The position numbers were made by a program, and so were the translations under genes. A DNA stretch of 64,000 nt, from NCBI RefSeq assembly GCF_009834535.1, contig NC_045696.1, forward strand, positions 81,470,001 through 81,534,000. Reading direction: 5' to 3'. The notes under the pieces are model-generated. The model was not told the DNA's origin. It saw only the letters and a list, made by a program, of their open reading frames with translations, and searched no databases. The stretch is from Camelus ferus (lineage: Eukaryota). Every line of letters starts with the position of its first letter. The first letter of the stretch is position 1. Shown in pieces: positions 42,210 to 56,060 of the stretch.

Positions 42210-43600
42210 TCTTTAGGAATAGAAAACCTCTAAATCAGCAGATCCCAGCATAGCAGGGACAAGAAACAAATACTTGCTACAGTATCATTAAGAGTAATAG
42301 GGAGAAAAGCCTCCTACCTTTGGTTCCTAGACCCGTGTATTCTACCTATGGGAGAAATAGTACCATTTTTGGAATGTATTGTAACCTGTGAAACAGCACC
42401 CAGGTCCATATAATATCATCCAGCAGGTGGCAAAGATGAGTCTTCTTTAGGCCAGTCCACACAGGCAAGCTGTTTTAGAATGATGGAGTACAATAGACCA
42501 GTGAATTCTCTGAGTGTTGTCCTGTTATCTTTTTATTTTGCCTGTCAAATGAATTTTTTAGCCAGAGATGATACTATGTGAGGTACTGACGGGAATGCGA
42601 CATTCTATAAATCTGCAGATGAGATTTTAGCAGAAGCACTGCAGGCATCGAAGGCAAATTTACATGCAGAGTAAAGATCTATTGCAGTGAGCACAAACTG
42701 CCACCTCTTCCGTCATGGAAGGAGTACAGTATTACCAGGCAGCTGGCTGTTCCCTCTGGGGAATGGTGCCATATCAAGGACTCTGTACTGTGAGGTACTC
42801 AGTAATGGCTGTAGTCAGATCAGCCTTGGTGAGAAAAAACCTGTGTCATTGAGCCCTGCCACCATGGCCAGGAGTTCCATGAGCCAGTTGAGCAAGGACT
42901 GGGATGACTACAAAAAGAAGTTAAATGACATTCACAGACAGAATCATCTTGTCCACCTAATTGTCCACCTCCTCTGTAGTGCGTCCCTTTGGTAAGCATT
43001 CATATGAACACATTCTCTAACTTTCTGGAGAGATCCCTCCACATACCACTTCCCCAGACCTTACTGTCAGCAATTTTCCTATCTTGTTCTTTCAGTGTTG
43101 TTGACCTTCCATCCAGACTCATAGCCATTGCCCACAATCAGTGTAAATCCAAACCTCTGGTTCTCTCTTCTTTCAAATCCAGTATATGAAGTTCTTCTCA
43201 CCCCCACTATCTTTCAGGGTCACCTCTGAATAGTTTCATCAGACCATTCATAACCACCTAGAGACCAATCCTAGTTTTTTTCTTTTTCAGTCATCTGGTC
43301 ATAGGCAACTCCCCAGAAAGCCACTGGTATGAGCTGAGGGAGAAGCTGTTAATACTGCAGAAGAAGGTCCTTTATGAGTCTGAGCTACTTCTCATACAAC
43401 TTGTTTATGCCTTTCGGATCTGCTTAGGTTGACCTCCTGTATGCTATTCCAGCTTGATGATGGAGTGCTGCCGTGCATACTCACCTTCATGGCTTGGTGG
43501 GTCAGATAACACTCCAGCTGATGATAGTGTTATTTGCTTGAGTTGTATGGTAACAATGATCAAGCATTCAGTCTCTCCCAGGGACCAGCAGCTCTAAGGA
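42210..43600 (-). mobile_element. Degenerate ERVL/MaLR internal sequence
   Basis: Style and motifs (catcttgtccacct, ccccactatctttcagggtcacc) resemble antisense ERVL pol remnants. No intact ORF. Confidence 0.5.
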
Positions 43601-43984
43601 AGTAGCTTGAGAGTGCTAGGGGGAGAGGAAACAGAGAAGGAGAAGGGAGGAGGTCTTACCTAAAAGTCTATCTGTTTTGGAATAGATTGAGAAATAAAAT
43701 AAAATTAAATTCAGAAATTAGGGCTAAGAAGGCACCTGCAGTGATGCTATGCCATCTCCAGCCTCCTGCTGTTGTATATCAATAATACAAATACAGGCAA
43801 AAATGTTCTCCATAATTCTCCTTTTTTCAGTGTTCGTGCTTATTCTGACCACATCATGGACAGAATCTGCAGTTACTAGCTCTTCTCCATCTTTCCTTTC
43901 AGTTCATGCTTTTCTTCCTCAGTTCCCTGTGTCTCCAGCAATTTAGTGGCTACACTGCTCTTTCTAGAATTCTGATATACATTT

Positions 43985-46410
43985 TTTTTTTTTACTTTTT
44001 ATTGTGGACATTTTCAAAATATGATGAACTTCATGTACCCATCAGCCAGCTTCAACAATTATCATTACATAGTCAATCTTGTTTCATCTGTATCCCACCA
44101 CCTGCTTTATTTCCTGTACACTCTACCTGATTATTTTGAAGCTAATCCCACATATTATATCATTTATCATTTCATCTGTAAATATTCTATTATGCATTTT
44201 TTAAAGATAAGGACTGTAAAAAACAAAATCAAAGCACACTGTGGCACCCTTACAATTAATAATTCCTTAATATTGTCAAATATCCAGTCAATATCTGCAT
44301 TTTCCTAATTGTCTTTGTTTTTTTACTTTTTTGGATGTGATAGTTACTTTTTTGTCTTATAGTATGTCTAAATCAGGTCCTAAATAAGGTCCACATGTTG
44401 AAATTGGTTGAGGTATCTCTTAAATCTGTTTTATAGGTTCTCCTCTCTCCTACATGCCCTGAGGTCCCTCTCTTCTCTCTTTCCTTCCTCCCTTCTCTCT
44501 CTCTCTCATTTTTTGATGAAGAAACTAGATCATTTGATCTGTAGACTTCCCCACAGTCTGTATTCTGCTAATTGCATTTCCTTGTTTAACATGTTCCTTT
44601 GTCCCATATATTTCCTGGATAATTGAAAATTAGATGTAGAGTCTTGATCAGATCCATTTTAGATTTCTATTTTCTTCCTCCTTTTTCTTCAAAGAACAAT
44701 TCCATAGGTGATGTTCTGTGCAACCATCAAGGTAGTTAAGTCTGATTTTTTGTGTGTGATGTTATTACATAGGTAATCATTGCCTCAATCCATGAATTTA
44801 TTAGGAGAGACAAAATAATAATTTTATTCTTTAAAAAAAAAAAGCCAGAACACTTCTATAAACTTTAGTTCATCAATTTTTTTGTTTACTTTGTGGTCCA
44901 GTATATAATAGGAAAGCCAATATAAATGCATGAGTTCCCCCTTTAATTAGTATTCAGAATTAGTTGTTTCTCTTGCATCTACTGAAGATGACCAATGAAA
45001 TTTTTTTTTCCACTTTGAATAGAAGCATTTAAACACATTTGTGTTTCAATCCATTGTAGTTATTATCCTTATCAATTCCCAAATTGTTCCATCTTTGGCA
45101 AGAGGGACCTTTTTCTGGTTAGCTCTTTGAGTTCCTTTGATACAGACCTAGTGGTCTTTGATAGCACCATGCATTCTCATCTTGTATACTTATCCTGGAC
45201 CTGGAAGTATGTGTTTTTCCAAGGAGCCCTATGGAGAGAAATAGCACCGTACACTGGATTCTTTTAGTAGGATATAATAGATACCACATTCTGATACTGG
45301 TATTTGGGGGTATGGTATAACTTCATATGTCATTCAGCAGGTTGGTACACCACTGCTTGCCAGACTCCTATATTACAAGTTTTCTGACCCTGCCCTCTCC
45401 TGTTTCCTTGCTTGCTATTAACAAAATGATTGTTCTCACTACCAAAAAAAAAAAAAGTCATAAACACCTCAAAGTTATCAATTGAGTAGATTTGTTTAAA
45501 GGTGAAGGATCAGAAGGAATATTTAGAATTGACATATAATTGTCTTCTTACCATCCTCTCCTTCTAACTCTATAGAATCAGAGAGGGCTTTGAGGGGAAA
45601 TAGAAAAAGTTGCCCAGAAATATGCTTGGAACTCAGCAACCATTAGCTTTTTTTTTTTTTTCAAGATTGAAAATTATAAAAGGGAAAATGGTACCATGAG
45701 AGTAGAAAAAGCTGGCAGATAACTATCTTAGCCAAGTGAGCACAGCTAATATCACCAGTAATGGGACAAACTGACATCATTTGGCCTCCTGGTGTGATAC
45801 TCTGAGGACACATCATTTATGTAGTAATCCTTCCAAAAATGCATTACCTGAATCATTAAGAAACAGATAAACTCAAACTGAGGAACTTTCTATAATACAG
45901 TGAGCCTGTGCTCGTCAAAAAATGTCAATGTCATGAAAGACAAAGGATCAGGAACTGTTTCAAATTAAAAGAGACTAAACTGACATGACAGCCAAATAAA
46001 TACAAGTCATGATCCTGGAGTTGAGAGGGAAAAGTTGCTATTAAATACAATATTGGGACAATTGGCAAATTTGAATACGGACTATATGTTGAATAATATG
46101 CTCACAATATTGAATTTCCTGATTTTGAAAAATAAACCGTGGTTATATAAGAGTCTGTCCTTGTTCTTGGAAAAACACACTGAGGTATTATTGCTAAAGA
46201 GTCATAATGGTTGAAACTTACTCTCAAATGATTCAGTAAAAATAAGAAAAGAATAAGAATATGTACGGTATACAATTTATATATTCCATATATACAGAGA
46301 GAGAAAAAGTGCACATGTGGTTAAATGTTAACGAAGTGTAAATCTAGGTAAAAGATAAGGGATTTCATTGCATTATTTGTGCAACTTTTCTCTATATCTG
46401 AACTTTTTTT
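43985..46410. mobile_element. L1MC-type 3' fragments in both orientations
   Basis: cccatcagccagcttcaacaattatca; aatatcaccagtaatgggacaaactgacatcat; attgggacaattggcaaatttgaat. Confidence 0.6.
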
Positions 46411-47103
46411 AATAATTTAGGTAAGATGAAATACTTCATTTTTATTATTTAATTTTATTTTTCTATAGCTTAGTTTTATTTCTGAAATTTTAAATTTTAT
46501 CTTATTGCAATTTATTTTCATAAGATGTATAATGTTTATACATTTTTTACTAGATGTTTGGTATTCTGGGTGATTGCTTTTTATAAAACCCATTAGAATT
46601 CTAGGCACACTGGTGGCATACATGCTTTTAGAATAAATGGATTTGGCCTGCCTATTTGCTTATACCTGTAATGAAAAAAATTTAATGATATCAAAACTAT
46701 GTGATGACTTTGTTTCATTAATGACATCAATAAGCTAGTGTTTGTCTTTTAAAAAAAATCTAATGTTGTTAGCAGTGAGCTGGAGACCTAAAATTTTCCA
46801 CTTCAGCTTGTTTCATAATCAAATTATAAAACACAGGTTTTTGTAATTGTGAAAAACTGAAAATAACTTTTATGCCCATTAGTGCGAAAATGGTTAACTC
46901 AGTTGCAGTATATCTATGCAGTTGTGAAGAGATTAAAGAGACTAAGGTTGGGCCACATTTTCCAATATGGAAAGATTTCTAAAACACACTAAGTGAAAAC
47001 AACTTGCTGAAAAATACAATATCTCATTTTTTTAAGCAACTGTATTTATATTGTGTCCATAAATATAAATGCTTCAGGATACACAATAAAAAAGCCTAAA
47101 CTA

Positions 47104-47283
47104 GGGGGGAGGGTACAGCTCAGTGGTAGAGTGTGTGCTTAGCATGCACGAGGTCCTGGGTTCAATCCCCAGTATCTCCATTAAAAATAAATAAATTAAA
47201 TAAAAACCTAGTTACCTCCCCCCAACAACAACAACAACAAAAAAGACTGATTCAAAAAATTTTAATAAATAAATTACTTTTTT
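47104..47283 (+). mobile_element. tRNA-derived SINE (camelid-type) with TSD
   Basis: A box cagctcagtgg, B box ggttcaatccc, A-rich tail. TSD aaagcctaaac at 47091-47101 and 47284-47294. Confidence 0.9.
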
Positions 47284-47529
47284 AAAGCCTAAACAGTTTA
47301 ATAATGCAGAGATTTGGGGGAAGGGAGAGTACAGGGAGGAATGAACTTACACTTTTTGTCTGTACCTATTTCATGCTTTTGTATGTTTACCATTCTCAAG
47401 CACCAAAAATTTCTTAATGTATTACTATGTTCTTGTACAAATTAATGTGGATTGCCACATAACTATGTAAATATTACAAAGGAGTAGATATAACCTAATT
47501 GATTCAAATGCTATAATTTCTTTCAATAG

Positions 47530-47661
47530 CTGATATGCATTCAGGATGGTTACCTTTCCCTGCTGACAGAAACTGGTGAAGTTCGTGAGGATCTTAAGCT
47601 GCCAGAAGGTGAACTAGGCAAAGAAATAGAAGGAAAATATAATGCAGGTGAAGATGTACAG
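47530..47661 (+). CDS. EIF5A2: eIF5A-2 coding exon 3 (LICIQDGYLSLLTETGEVREDLKLPEGELGKEIEGKYNAGEDVQ)
   Basis: aatag|CTG ... CAG|gtaaag. 132 bp. Confidence 0.98.
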
Positions 47662-48200
47662 GTAAAGACCTATGGGAATATTGCTTTTTTAAACCATTCT
47701 ATAAAAACTTTAAAAGCTATGTGAAATATAGCTTTTAAATACTGCTGAAATGTTGAAAATGATCTCTGGAAGGCAGTCTTCCCAGTATCCCCTTAGAGAC
47801 CCATTACCAAAGAGTCAAAGTTCATTTTTTGCTACATAGACAGTGTCAGCCCCAAACTTGTTTTGAAGGTCAGCGTGAACTGTTCTTAAGGGTAAGAAAG
47901 GATGCTATGAGAATACTAAAGAGTGAAGGTGATTACTCTAGTATTAAAACATTTATAGCTCTTATGTTCCCTGTTCCCTGGAAGTCTTAAAAACCACAAT
48001 TTGAGAAATTCTGCTTTAGAAAACTATAAAGAAAGTAAGTTATTTGGTCTTAGAACACCTCTTTCCAAAGTCAATATGTATAAAGTATCTACAAATATAT
48101 CCAGTGTACAATGAATTAAATATATCTTAGGTATATTTATGTATATTCTTATGTATGTAATGCCTTCTGAATAACTTTTGCCTGCATTTTCCCCTTCTAG

Positions 48201-48260
48201 GTATCTGTCATGTGTGCAATGAGTGAAGAATATGCTGTAGCCATAAAGCCCTGCAAATAA
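48201..48260 (+). CDS. EIF5A2: eIF5A-2 final coding exon (VSVMCAMSEEYAVAIKPCK*)
   Basis: ttctag|GTA. The exons sum to 462 nt (153 aa plus stop). The C-terminal IKPCK distinguishes eIF5A2 from eIF5A1. Confidence 0.98.
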   Translation, partial: VSVMCAMSEEYAVAIKPCK

Positions 48261-51200
48261 ATGGGAACATCAGGCATCAGCAAACTGTTTAGGTCTGGAT
48301 CAACTGCAGATCTAAAGTTTGGTTCTAAGTTGTCACCAAAGCTATGGCCTTCATAAGCAACCTCATTTCTTTTTTAATTGTTTTGAAATTGTGCTGAGTT
48401 AGTTTTGCAGGCAACTAGTAATTTCAAAAAATAATCAAGGTGTATAATTCTTTTGTTTTTTAATTTTGTAGGTGTCTTTCCTATAACATTCCTGCGGTTT
48501 CAGTATGTAAGCCCAAGAAACAGACAAGATAGTTTTGGCAGATGTGATTTGTCTGAGCAGATCATTCCTGAATTTTAGTTAAATGATAAGTAAACCAGGG
48601 TTTTAGATTAAACAATGTAGCATCTAGTGGTATTGACGTACCACATTTAAGTTGAATTGCTCTGCAGTAATTTCAAACTTAGTATCATAGAATATCATGG
48701 ATTGGAATTGTCACAGCTTCAGCCTGAGTGTGGCAAGTATAGATCCTTAAACCAAAATCATATTATCAAAAAGTGTCAAATCTTAGTAGCCATGTGCAGC
48801 CACCTGTATTACCTTGGTCTTTCTTTGCCAAATTGCTGGCAGACTTAACCTGTATTATGGTGATTTCAGTTCTTGCTTGTGCTTGACAGAGGCATTAAAC
48901 TGCTACATGACTGTTAGCAAGTCTTATTGTAAAGAAGACACAGGACAGTGGCAAAGGGAGTTGCTTAATCTATAGGGTTTTATTTGAGGATTTTGTAATC
49001 AGCATAAAAATAGAAAGTTTCTTTCTATTTGTGTTTCTGCTTTTAACTTGTGTTCTCTCTCTCTGTATGTAAAGGAGTGACCTGGTTTACAGGATACAAT
49101 GCAGTGCTTTTTACCAATTATGTTGAATAAATGTTAGTGTTTGCAGGAGTCACTCCTTTCCAACCATTTTTAAGTAGGCTTCCTTAACATCAAAATATTT
49201 ATTTATCAGACAAAAACTGGAAATTCTTACTTGAAATTGATTTGGATCATTTGTTCAATTTATTTTTTTCCAAAGTGAAAGTGAATCATGGAAGAAAAGT
49301 TACTTTATGTGATAATTATTATTTAACTTAAGAAGTATATGTATTTTATCTGGTTATCATGTGACTTATTTCAGTTCCATATGTGAAATATAACTAGAGA
49401 AAAATTCTATAAACTGAATTATTCAAGAAAGAATTTTAGGTGATTCTGCTACATTTCTGTTTAGTCTTTTGGATCATATATCTCTTATTTCCAGAATTCT
49501 AGACATTGTCACAGGGTTTGTGAGGACCTTTGACTCAATAACAATCATAATATTGCAGTGAAACTTAGAACAAAATCACATTTCAGTAATACCTTCATTC
49601 TCTAAGACTGGTTGTAAGACTTCTTCCATCATGCTCTGACCTCTAAAGGGCCTTTGTACCTAGTGTCTAGAGGAAAATATGTGTCATGCTGTAACTGGTC
49701 TCATCAGTGACTCGAAATAGCATTAAGAACAGAAGATCCCAAAGTTTTAGTTACTTAATTTTCACATACTTTTAAATCTTGTATTGGCCTCAGCAAACCC
49801 ATTTGGAGAAGAAGCGGTACTTTAAGGAAATGCAAGAGGAATTCTAAAGCACAAAAAATATTGAGGTTGTAGCCAGTCATTTTTAGTATAACATTTTAGC
49901 TTTTGCCCATCTGAAGCACAATTAGTAATTAGGCTAAATTCTTTCCAGTATTCCATTTCAGTATCTGCTACATACTGCTTTAGGTTTTAGCACTCTGTGA
50001 TGTGTACCTTACGTGCGACTGATTGGCACTGTTACCCACAAGAACTCTAGAAAGTTATCAGTCTGTGCTGCTTGCTGGTCACTCAGATGACCCCAGTTAA
50101 CCATACTAGTGTTCTGGTTTAGTATTAATTCTAGATTAGCATGCCCTTGTTCTTAACTTGTCAAACTTCACATAAATATATTTTCAGTTGTGAGATAAGC
50201 CTATATTAAATTGTAACAATGCATCTCTGTCATCATACCTTGAATGGCAAAAGCTATTTATGCATAAATATTTCATTTTAAGTACTATAATGAAGTATAA
50301 ATACTCCTCTGACATATAATTATAAGAATAGATTTTAAAGACATGGGACTGTTTATTTTCACATAAGTCAATACATATTTCTCTCGAAAAATATTTCATT
50401 TAGTAAAGCTTTATAAACTGTATTAAAAGGAAGCAGGGAAACATATATTTTTTAACAGAATAGAAGTGACTTCATTCTTTTTTGACATCAGAAATGTTAA
50501 AAGTTGATTCCTAGTATTTGTTGTACCCTTTTGTAGCAAATGTTAAATATCAAAGTTACCATGTATAGAAGGTAGACTGTCACATTGATAGATTATACAG
50601 TGAAAACACCTGTCTGCAGGCATTTCACAAATTTATATACAATATTATGGTAATAAGTGGAATATTTGTTTCTTTCTAGAACAACATATTTTATCTCTAC
50701 TGTGGAGACGTTGTCATACCTTACTTGCTAAGAAGTTGTATACCCTCTGAAATAGATCAAATTATTGCTACTTTGACTTAGCATTTGCATCATAAACATA
50801 ATTATGATATTTCTTTCATGCTCCCTTCCAAGGGCTGTCAGTCACTTAAAATTACTGCTAACCAAGCTCTTGAATCCATTTCCATTTATGGTACAAAATT
50901 CAGTACCAATGCTTTATAACAATTACCAAAAGTCTCCTGCAGCCAGAGCATGATATCTTTAATAGGAGATGCTGCAAAAAAATGTTCAGACTATAAAGTT
51001 TGGGGATACAGTTTTTCATTATAGCACAATGTGAGTGTGTGCACGTGCACACATAGCTTTGTATGTTTGTTCTTTTTACAAAGTCCTTCCAACTCTTAAA
51101 AGTACTGTAGTCTGGTAGTGCCTCAAATGTTGGTAATTTTTTTTTATTTTACAACTTTTCCAGAATTTGTTTTTGTACTTTAAAGTTTCTCAATTAGATT

Positions 51201-52870
51201 ATTTCTAGTTGAGCTGTAATTTGAATGCATTGTTCTCAGGGCTGTTTGTGCTAAGAGCTGAAGTTTCATTATTTTAAAGCTAACTGCCTAAAAGTATGTT
51301 GCAAAATTTTCCCAAGTTGTAATACAGTGATACATACAAATAAAAAATCCTTAATATCAACACATATAAACTATATGCTAAATATTCAAGAAAAAATGGG
51401 AACATTGGTAACAATCTATACTCTTACCGTATTTTTTTCATTTTATAATAGAATTTGGTAGTCTTATCTTAGAACCTTATCCTTAATGATATATCTGAAA
51501 GCATTCTTTGGCATGGACCCCAAAGATAGCTTTAGAGCCAGACAATGATATGGTGATTCTCAAACATATTTAGGGACAACAGAACAAAAGTTCATAGTGC
51601 TTTTCTTTGGTACATTAAAATGTTTACATATTGAGTTCTGTAATATGAACTAGGAACAAATTTACTTTGAGAAAATATGGCTCTTAAGGAGTATATGTAC
51701 AAACTGTAAGCATATTTCCATAAACAGTATATTATATTGAACTGATCAATAGTTCAAAATCTTCTGGTATCATTTAGGCATAATATTTCATAGTTTTTAA
51801 GCCTTTTTTTCTCCTAACATTCAGACAGGTAACAGCCAACAAAGGCTTAAAAAATTTTATTGTGCAAAATCTTAAAATTGAGAAAATTCAATCTGTTAAC
51901 TTTAATCCCTTAAATTTTTTCCCTCTGAATTGGATATATGGCATTATTTGATTTTAGTAGGGAACATTGGATTTAGCTTACGGAACACAGATGTTCTGTA
52001 GCTTGAAGTCCTATATAATTCAATGTTTTTCCATTAAATAGATATCTAAACACCAACTTAACTACCAAGTGAGGTCAAGTGCCTGAAAAGTGCTGTATCC
52101 ATCTAATTAGCACGTTTTCCTCACATGAAAGATGCATCTTACAGCAACGCATATGCGGCTTTCACCTGCTAAAAACATACTTGTTGCCAAACTTTACTGT
52201 CCACCACTATTCCTCTCTCCTTAGGACAGGCTGAAAGCAATTTTACAATTGAAAGAGAGGTTCCTTTACTTATATAAAGTCCCTAAAACTATGTCTTGGT
52301 ATTGATAGACTTAAGCTTATCTTACAAACTCTGAACATAAATTATAGTCATTGATGACTGTACAGCTTATCATAAATCATAGTTGTGATCTTTCTTGAGA
52401 GGAATTCTTTATTGTGGTTAATACCTACTATAAATAAGCACTCTTGTGCTTGTTACAAAATATAATACAAATTACTAGTTCTCTATTATTTTTATCCTCC
52501 TCTCCAAAAAGGAAATAGTTGAAATGGCATTGTTTAGTCCAGTGGCATTTTATTAGTAATACATTTTATTTGTCTTAGGTATAAGAGAACTCATGCTTTT
52601 ACCTGCAGAGACTCATACATTTTAGCTAAAACTTTAAAATTATAAGATATGTAGAATGGGTATTATTATAATTGTGCATTTTACATTTCAAAAATGGGTA
52701 AAATTGAAATATTAAGTCTTTGACTATATTAAAGTAATTGTGAAATATTTTAAAATGTAGATGGTAAATTTATCAATTATAACTTTTTGTTATATTAAAA
52801 TATATTTATCTGTTGACTTCATCAGTTATATTGAATAAAAATAAAGTTGATTTAACAGGATACACTATTC
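48261..52870 (+). other. EIF5A2: EIF5A2 long 3' UTR with candidate poly(A) signals at 48256, 49126, 51339 and 52834/52840
   Basis: About 4.6 kb of AU-rich sequence with no recognisable transposon, ending in adjacent tandem AATAAA signals. Confidence 0.7.
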
Positions 52871-54199
52871 TTGTATATATTCATTCCCAGAAACATTTTC
52901 ATGCTAGAATAGTCAATGAATTAATGAGTATGTCACTGTTAAAAGAAAATCTAACTTTTGTTCTTACTGTTTTTTATATTTTAGGTCTTACTATGTAGCA
53001 CCCTTGCTTTACAGCCTGGGAAGGTTAATTTCTAAATTTTAGTTCCAGATTTAGGTACAATTTTTTATCTTTAAAGTTTTAATAGTTTTTAGAATATGTA
53101 AAATACGTGGTTCAAAATTCCACAGGTATAAGAGTAAATCCATCTTACCACCTGCATCCTCTTCCTGTGCATTCTTCCAGAGACATTTAATGCAGGAGAG
53201 TTTAGTGGTGCCTCCCCAACCGCTGACCTCCCAGGGTCTGAGATGTTCTTTCTCTACCAGAGTTGCTGTTCTCTTTCCACAGCAATGTGAATGGCGTAAT
53301 GAGTCCCTAAAGCAAACCCTTCACCCTTTTCCAGTCCTCACCATGTCTAATCAACACCATCTGGACAGATCCATCCCTAGATGGCTCAGCAGTTTCTTTC
53401 ATTTATACACTGCACCATTCTAGAACATCTCTCTCACTCCCTGGCATGTGGACCATACCAAGACTACCCGTGTAGCTGTCACCTCATATCCATGCTCAGT
53501 ATTACTGATATCTGTAACCTTCTAGATCCAGCAAGCGTAATTGGGCAGTAAGAGAAACAACAGATTAAAGTCTCCCACCCCTCAGTCCCACTCTTTTTGC
53601 TACTTGCAAATACCAGTAGCTAGTTTCCAAGAGGCAGGCATGAAAGAAAAAAAAGAAGAGTGAAAAGGGACTAATCGTGTTATGTTTCAGCCTTTCTGAT
53701 TTTCTTCCTCCCCTGACTCCAACCTCATACTTAAACATTCTATCCAAATAAGAGGTGCCCTATGGAATTGCCACTTTCAAAACCCATACTGCCTCTCTAA
53801 AGTGTGTGTTCCACTGGGAACTTAAAATATCTATTCCCACAAATACATTCAGCAGGATCAGTTACAACCACTGGCTGTGTATTGGCTCAAAATGACCCAC
53901 CTACAAGATTTTATCAACCCATTGTCCAATTGAGAGTTATTTCTGAATCCAGTCAAAATAATACTTTGACCCCACCCATAGGTACTACCCAGCATCACAA
54001 TGACTTGTGTCCCAGTATTTAGGAGGGCCAAAAAGGCTTGGCAACCACAGTTGCCATCAGATCCCCAACAAAGATTCTAACTGGGAGAATGGAGGTTTAT
54101 CTACCTAACACTGATAGTGCATCTGCCTTTTTTTGTTCACAATTATGTGAGTTTCAACTAAATTATTGTCACTCTAGTTTATTATAATTGCTGTACAAT

Positions 54200-54960
54200 C
54201 AATGAGGTAAATCTTTTGGAGAAAAAAATATAAAACACTCCTAAAAGACACAAAGTTGACTTAAACAAATGGAAAGAACATACCTCATTCTTGGCTGATA
54301 ACTCAACATTGAGATGCTAGTTCTACCTAATTTGATTTATAAATTTAATGCAGCCCCAATAATACAGTACAAGTTTTTTTATGGAGCTAAGCAAGTTGCT
54401 AAAAAGTTCATATGGAAATATAAACATGCAAGAAATAGCTAGGAAAATACTGCACAGAAAGCTATGAGTTGGGGATAGAACCACCAGAAATGAAAACTTA
54501 CTACAGAGCCTCTATAATCAAAAGAGAGGTACTGGCAAATGAACAGACAGACCAATGGAATGGAATATAAAATCTAGCAATAGACCCAAATACATACAGA
54601 ATTTAATATCCAGTAAAGGTGGTGTTGCAAACCACTGGGCAGATAATAATTTAGCTAAATTCTGCTGTGACAGTTTGAAAAAATAAATTTGGAAAAAATA
54701 AAATGAATTCCATATAACATACACAAGAACAAACTCCAAATGAAGCAGTGGTCTATATGGAAACACAAACTGTACAAGTCCTTAGAAGAAAACATGAGTG
54801 AATTTCTCTGTAACTTGGCTTCTTTTCAACTATGACTGCAAATCCAGATATAATAAAAAGATTTATAGATATACAGATATAATGTAAAGAAAGAACAAAT
54901 GATAAATAAGTGGAGCAAAATGTTAACAGGTAAAATCTGGATAAAGGATATATATATACA
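54200..54960 (+). mobile_element. Old L1 ORF2 fragment
   Basis: aaacaaatggaaag...aaatttaatgcagccccaat...agacagaccaatggaa...atagacccaaatacata. Confidence 0.7.
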
Positions 54961-55321
54961 TTTACATATTCTTTATTCAGACTTTTAGATATTTATATTT
55001 ATATGTATATGTGTGCGTTTTGAACTATTTTTACAATTTTTGGTAGGTTTGAAATAATTTCTAAGTAAAAAGTTTTTTAAAATTCAAAAAAGTATGTATA
55101 GAGCCATCCATTTTTTATAAATGTATGTAATGACTTGTGTAATCTAAATGATATAGATAACATGTACACACTGATAAACATGAATGCCTCAAAGCATTAA
55201 ATAGCTATTTTTAAGCAAGTGGATTTTGGGTATTTTTATACATTTTTCTTCTCTATATTTCCTTTCATGAGCATTTCTTTTGGCATAAGAGGATAATAAT
55301 TTTATTATTTAAAAAATTCCT

Positions 55322-56060
55322 TCCTCCTACACTGTTGGTAAGAATGCAAATTGGTGCAGCCACTATGGAGAACGGTATGGAGTTTCCTTAAAAAACTAAA
55401 AATAAAGTTACAGCAATCCCACTCCTAGGCATATAGTCGGAGAAACTCTAATTCAAAAAGATACATGCACCCCAGTATTCATAGCAGCGCTTTTTACAAT
55501 AGTAAAACACATGGAAGCAACCTAAATGTCCATTGACAGATGAATGGATAATGAAAATGTGGTGTGTGTATACACACACACACACACACAAACACATACA
55601 CATAGAATACTACTCGGCCATAAAAAGGAATGAAATAATGTCACTGGCAGCAACATGGATGGACCTAGAGATTATCATACTAAGTGAAGGAAGTCACTCA
55701 GAGAAAGACAAATAACATATGATATCACTTACATGTAGAATCTAAAAAACTGTCACAAATGAACTTATTTACAAAATAGGAAGAGATACAGACATAAAAA
55801 AATGAACTTATGGTTACTAGAGGTTGTGGGGGGAGGAAGAAGGGAGGGATAAATTGGGAGTTTGGGATTGACATATACAAACTACTATGTACAGAATAAA
55901 CAACAAGGTACTACTGTATAGCACAGGGAACTATATTCAGTGGCTTGTAGTGACCTGTAGTGAAAAAGAATATGTATATATACATGTATAACTGAATCAC
56001 TATACTGTACACCAGAAATTAATACAACATTGTAAATCAACTACAGTTAAAAAAAAAAGC
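55322..56060 (+). mobile_element. L1 3' end
   Basis: ORF 55533 reads DEWIMKMW...EYYSAIKRNEIMSLAATWMDLEIIILSE, followed by the 3' UTR and an A tail. Confidence 0.9.

Noticed and set aside
47104..47180. tRNA-like sequence as a tRNA gene
   Set aside because: It has a SINE tail and TSD, an imperfect acceptor stem, and no Pol III T-tract directly after the head.
53190..54120. More GC-balanced segment after the EIF5A2 3' end
   Set aside because: Possibly a degenerate ERV/LTR piece, but I could not assign it. No credible ORF or splice structure.
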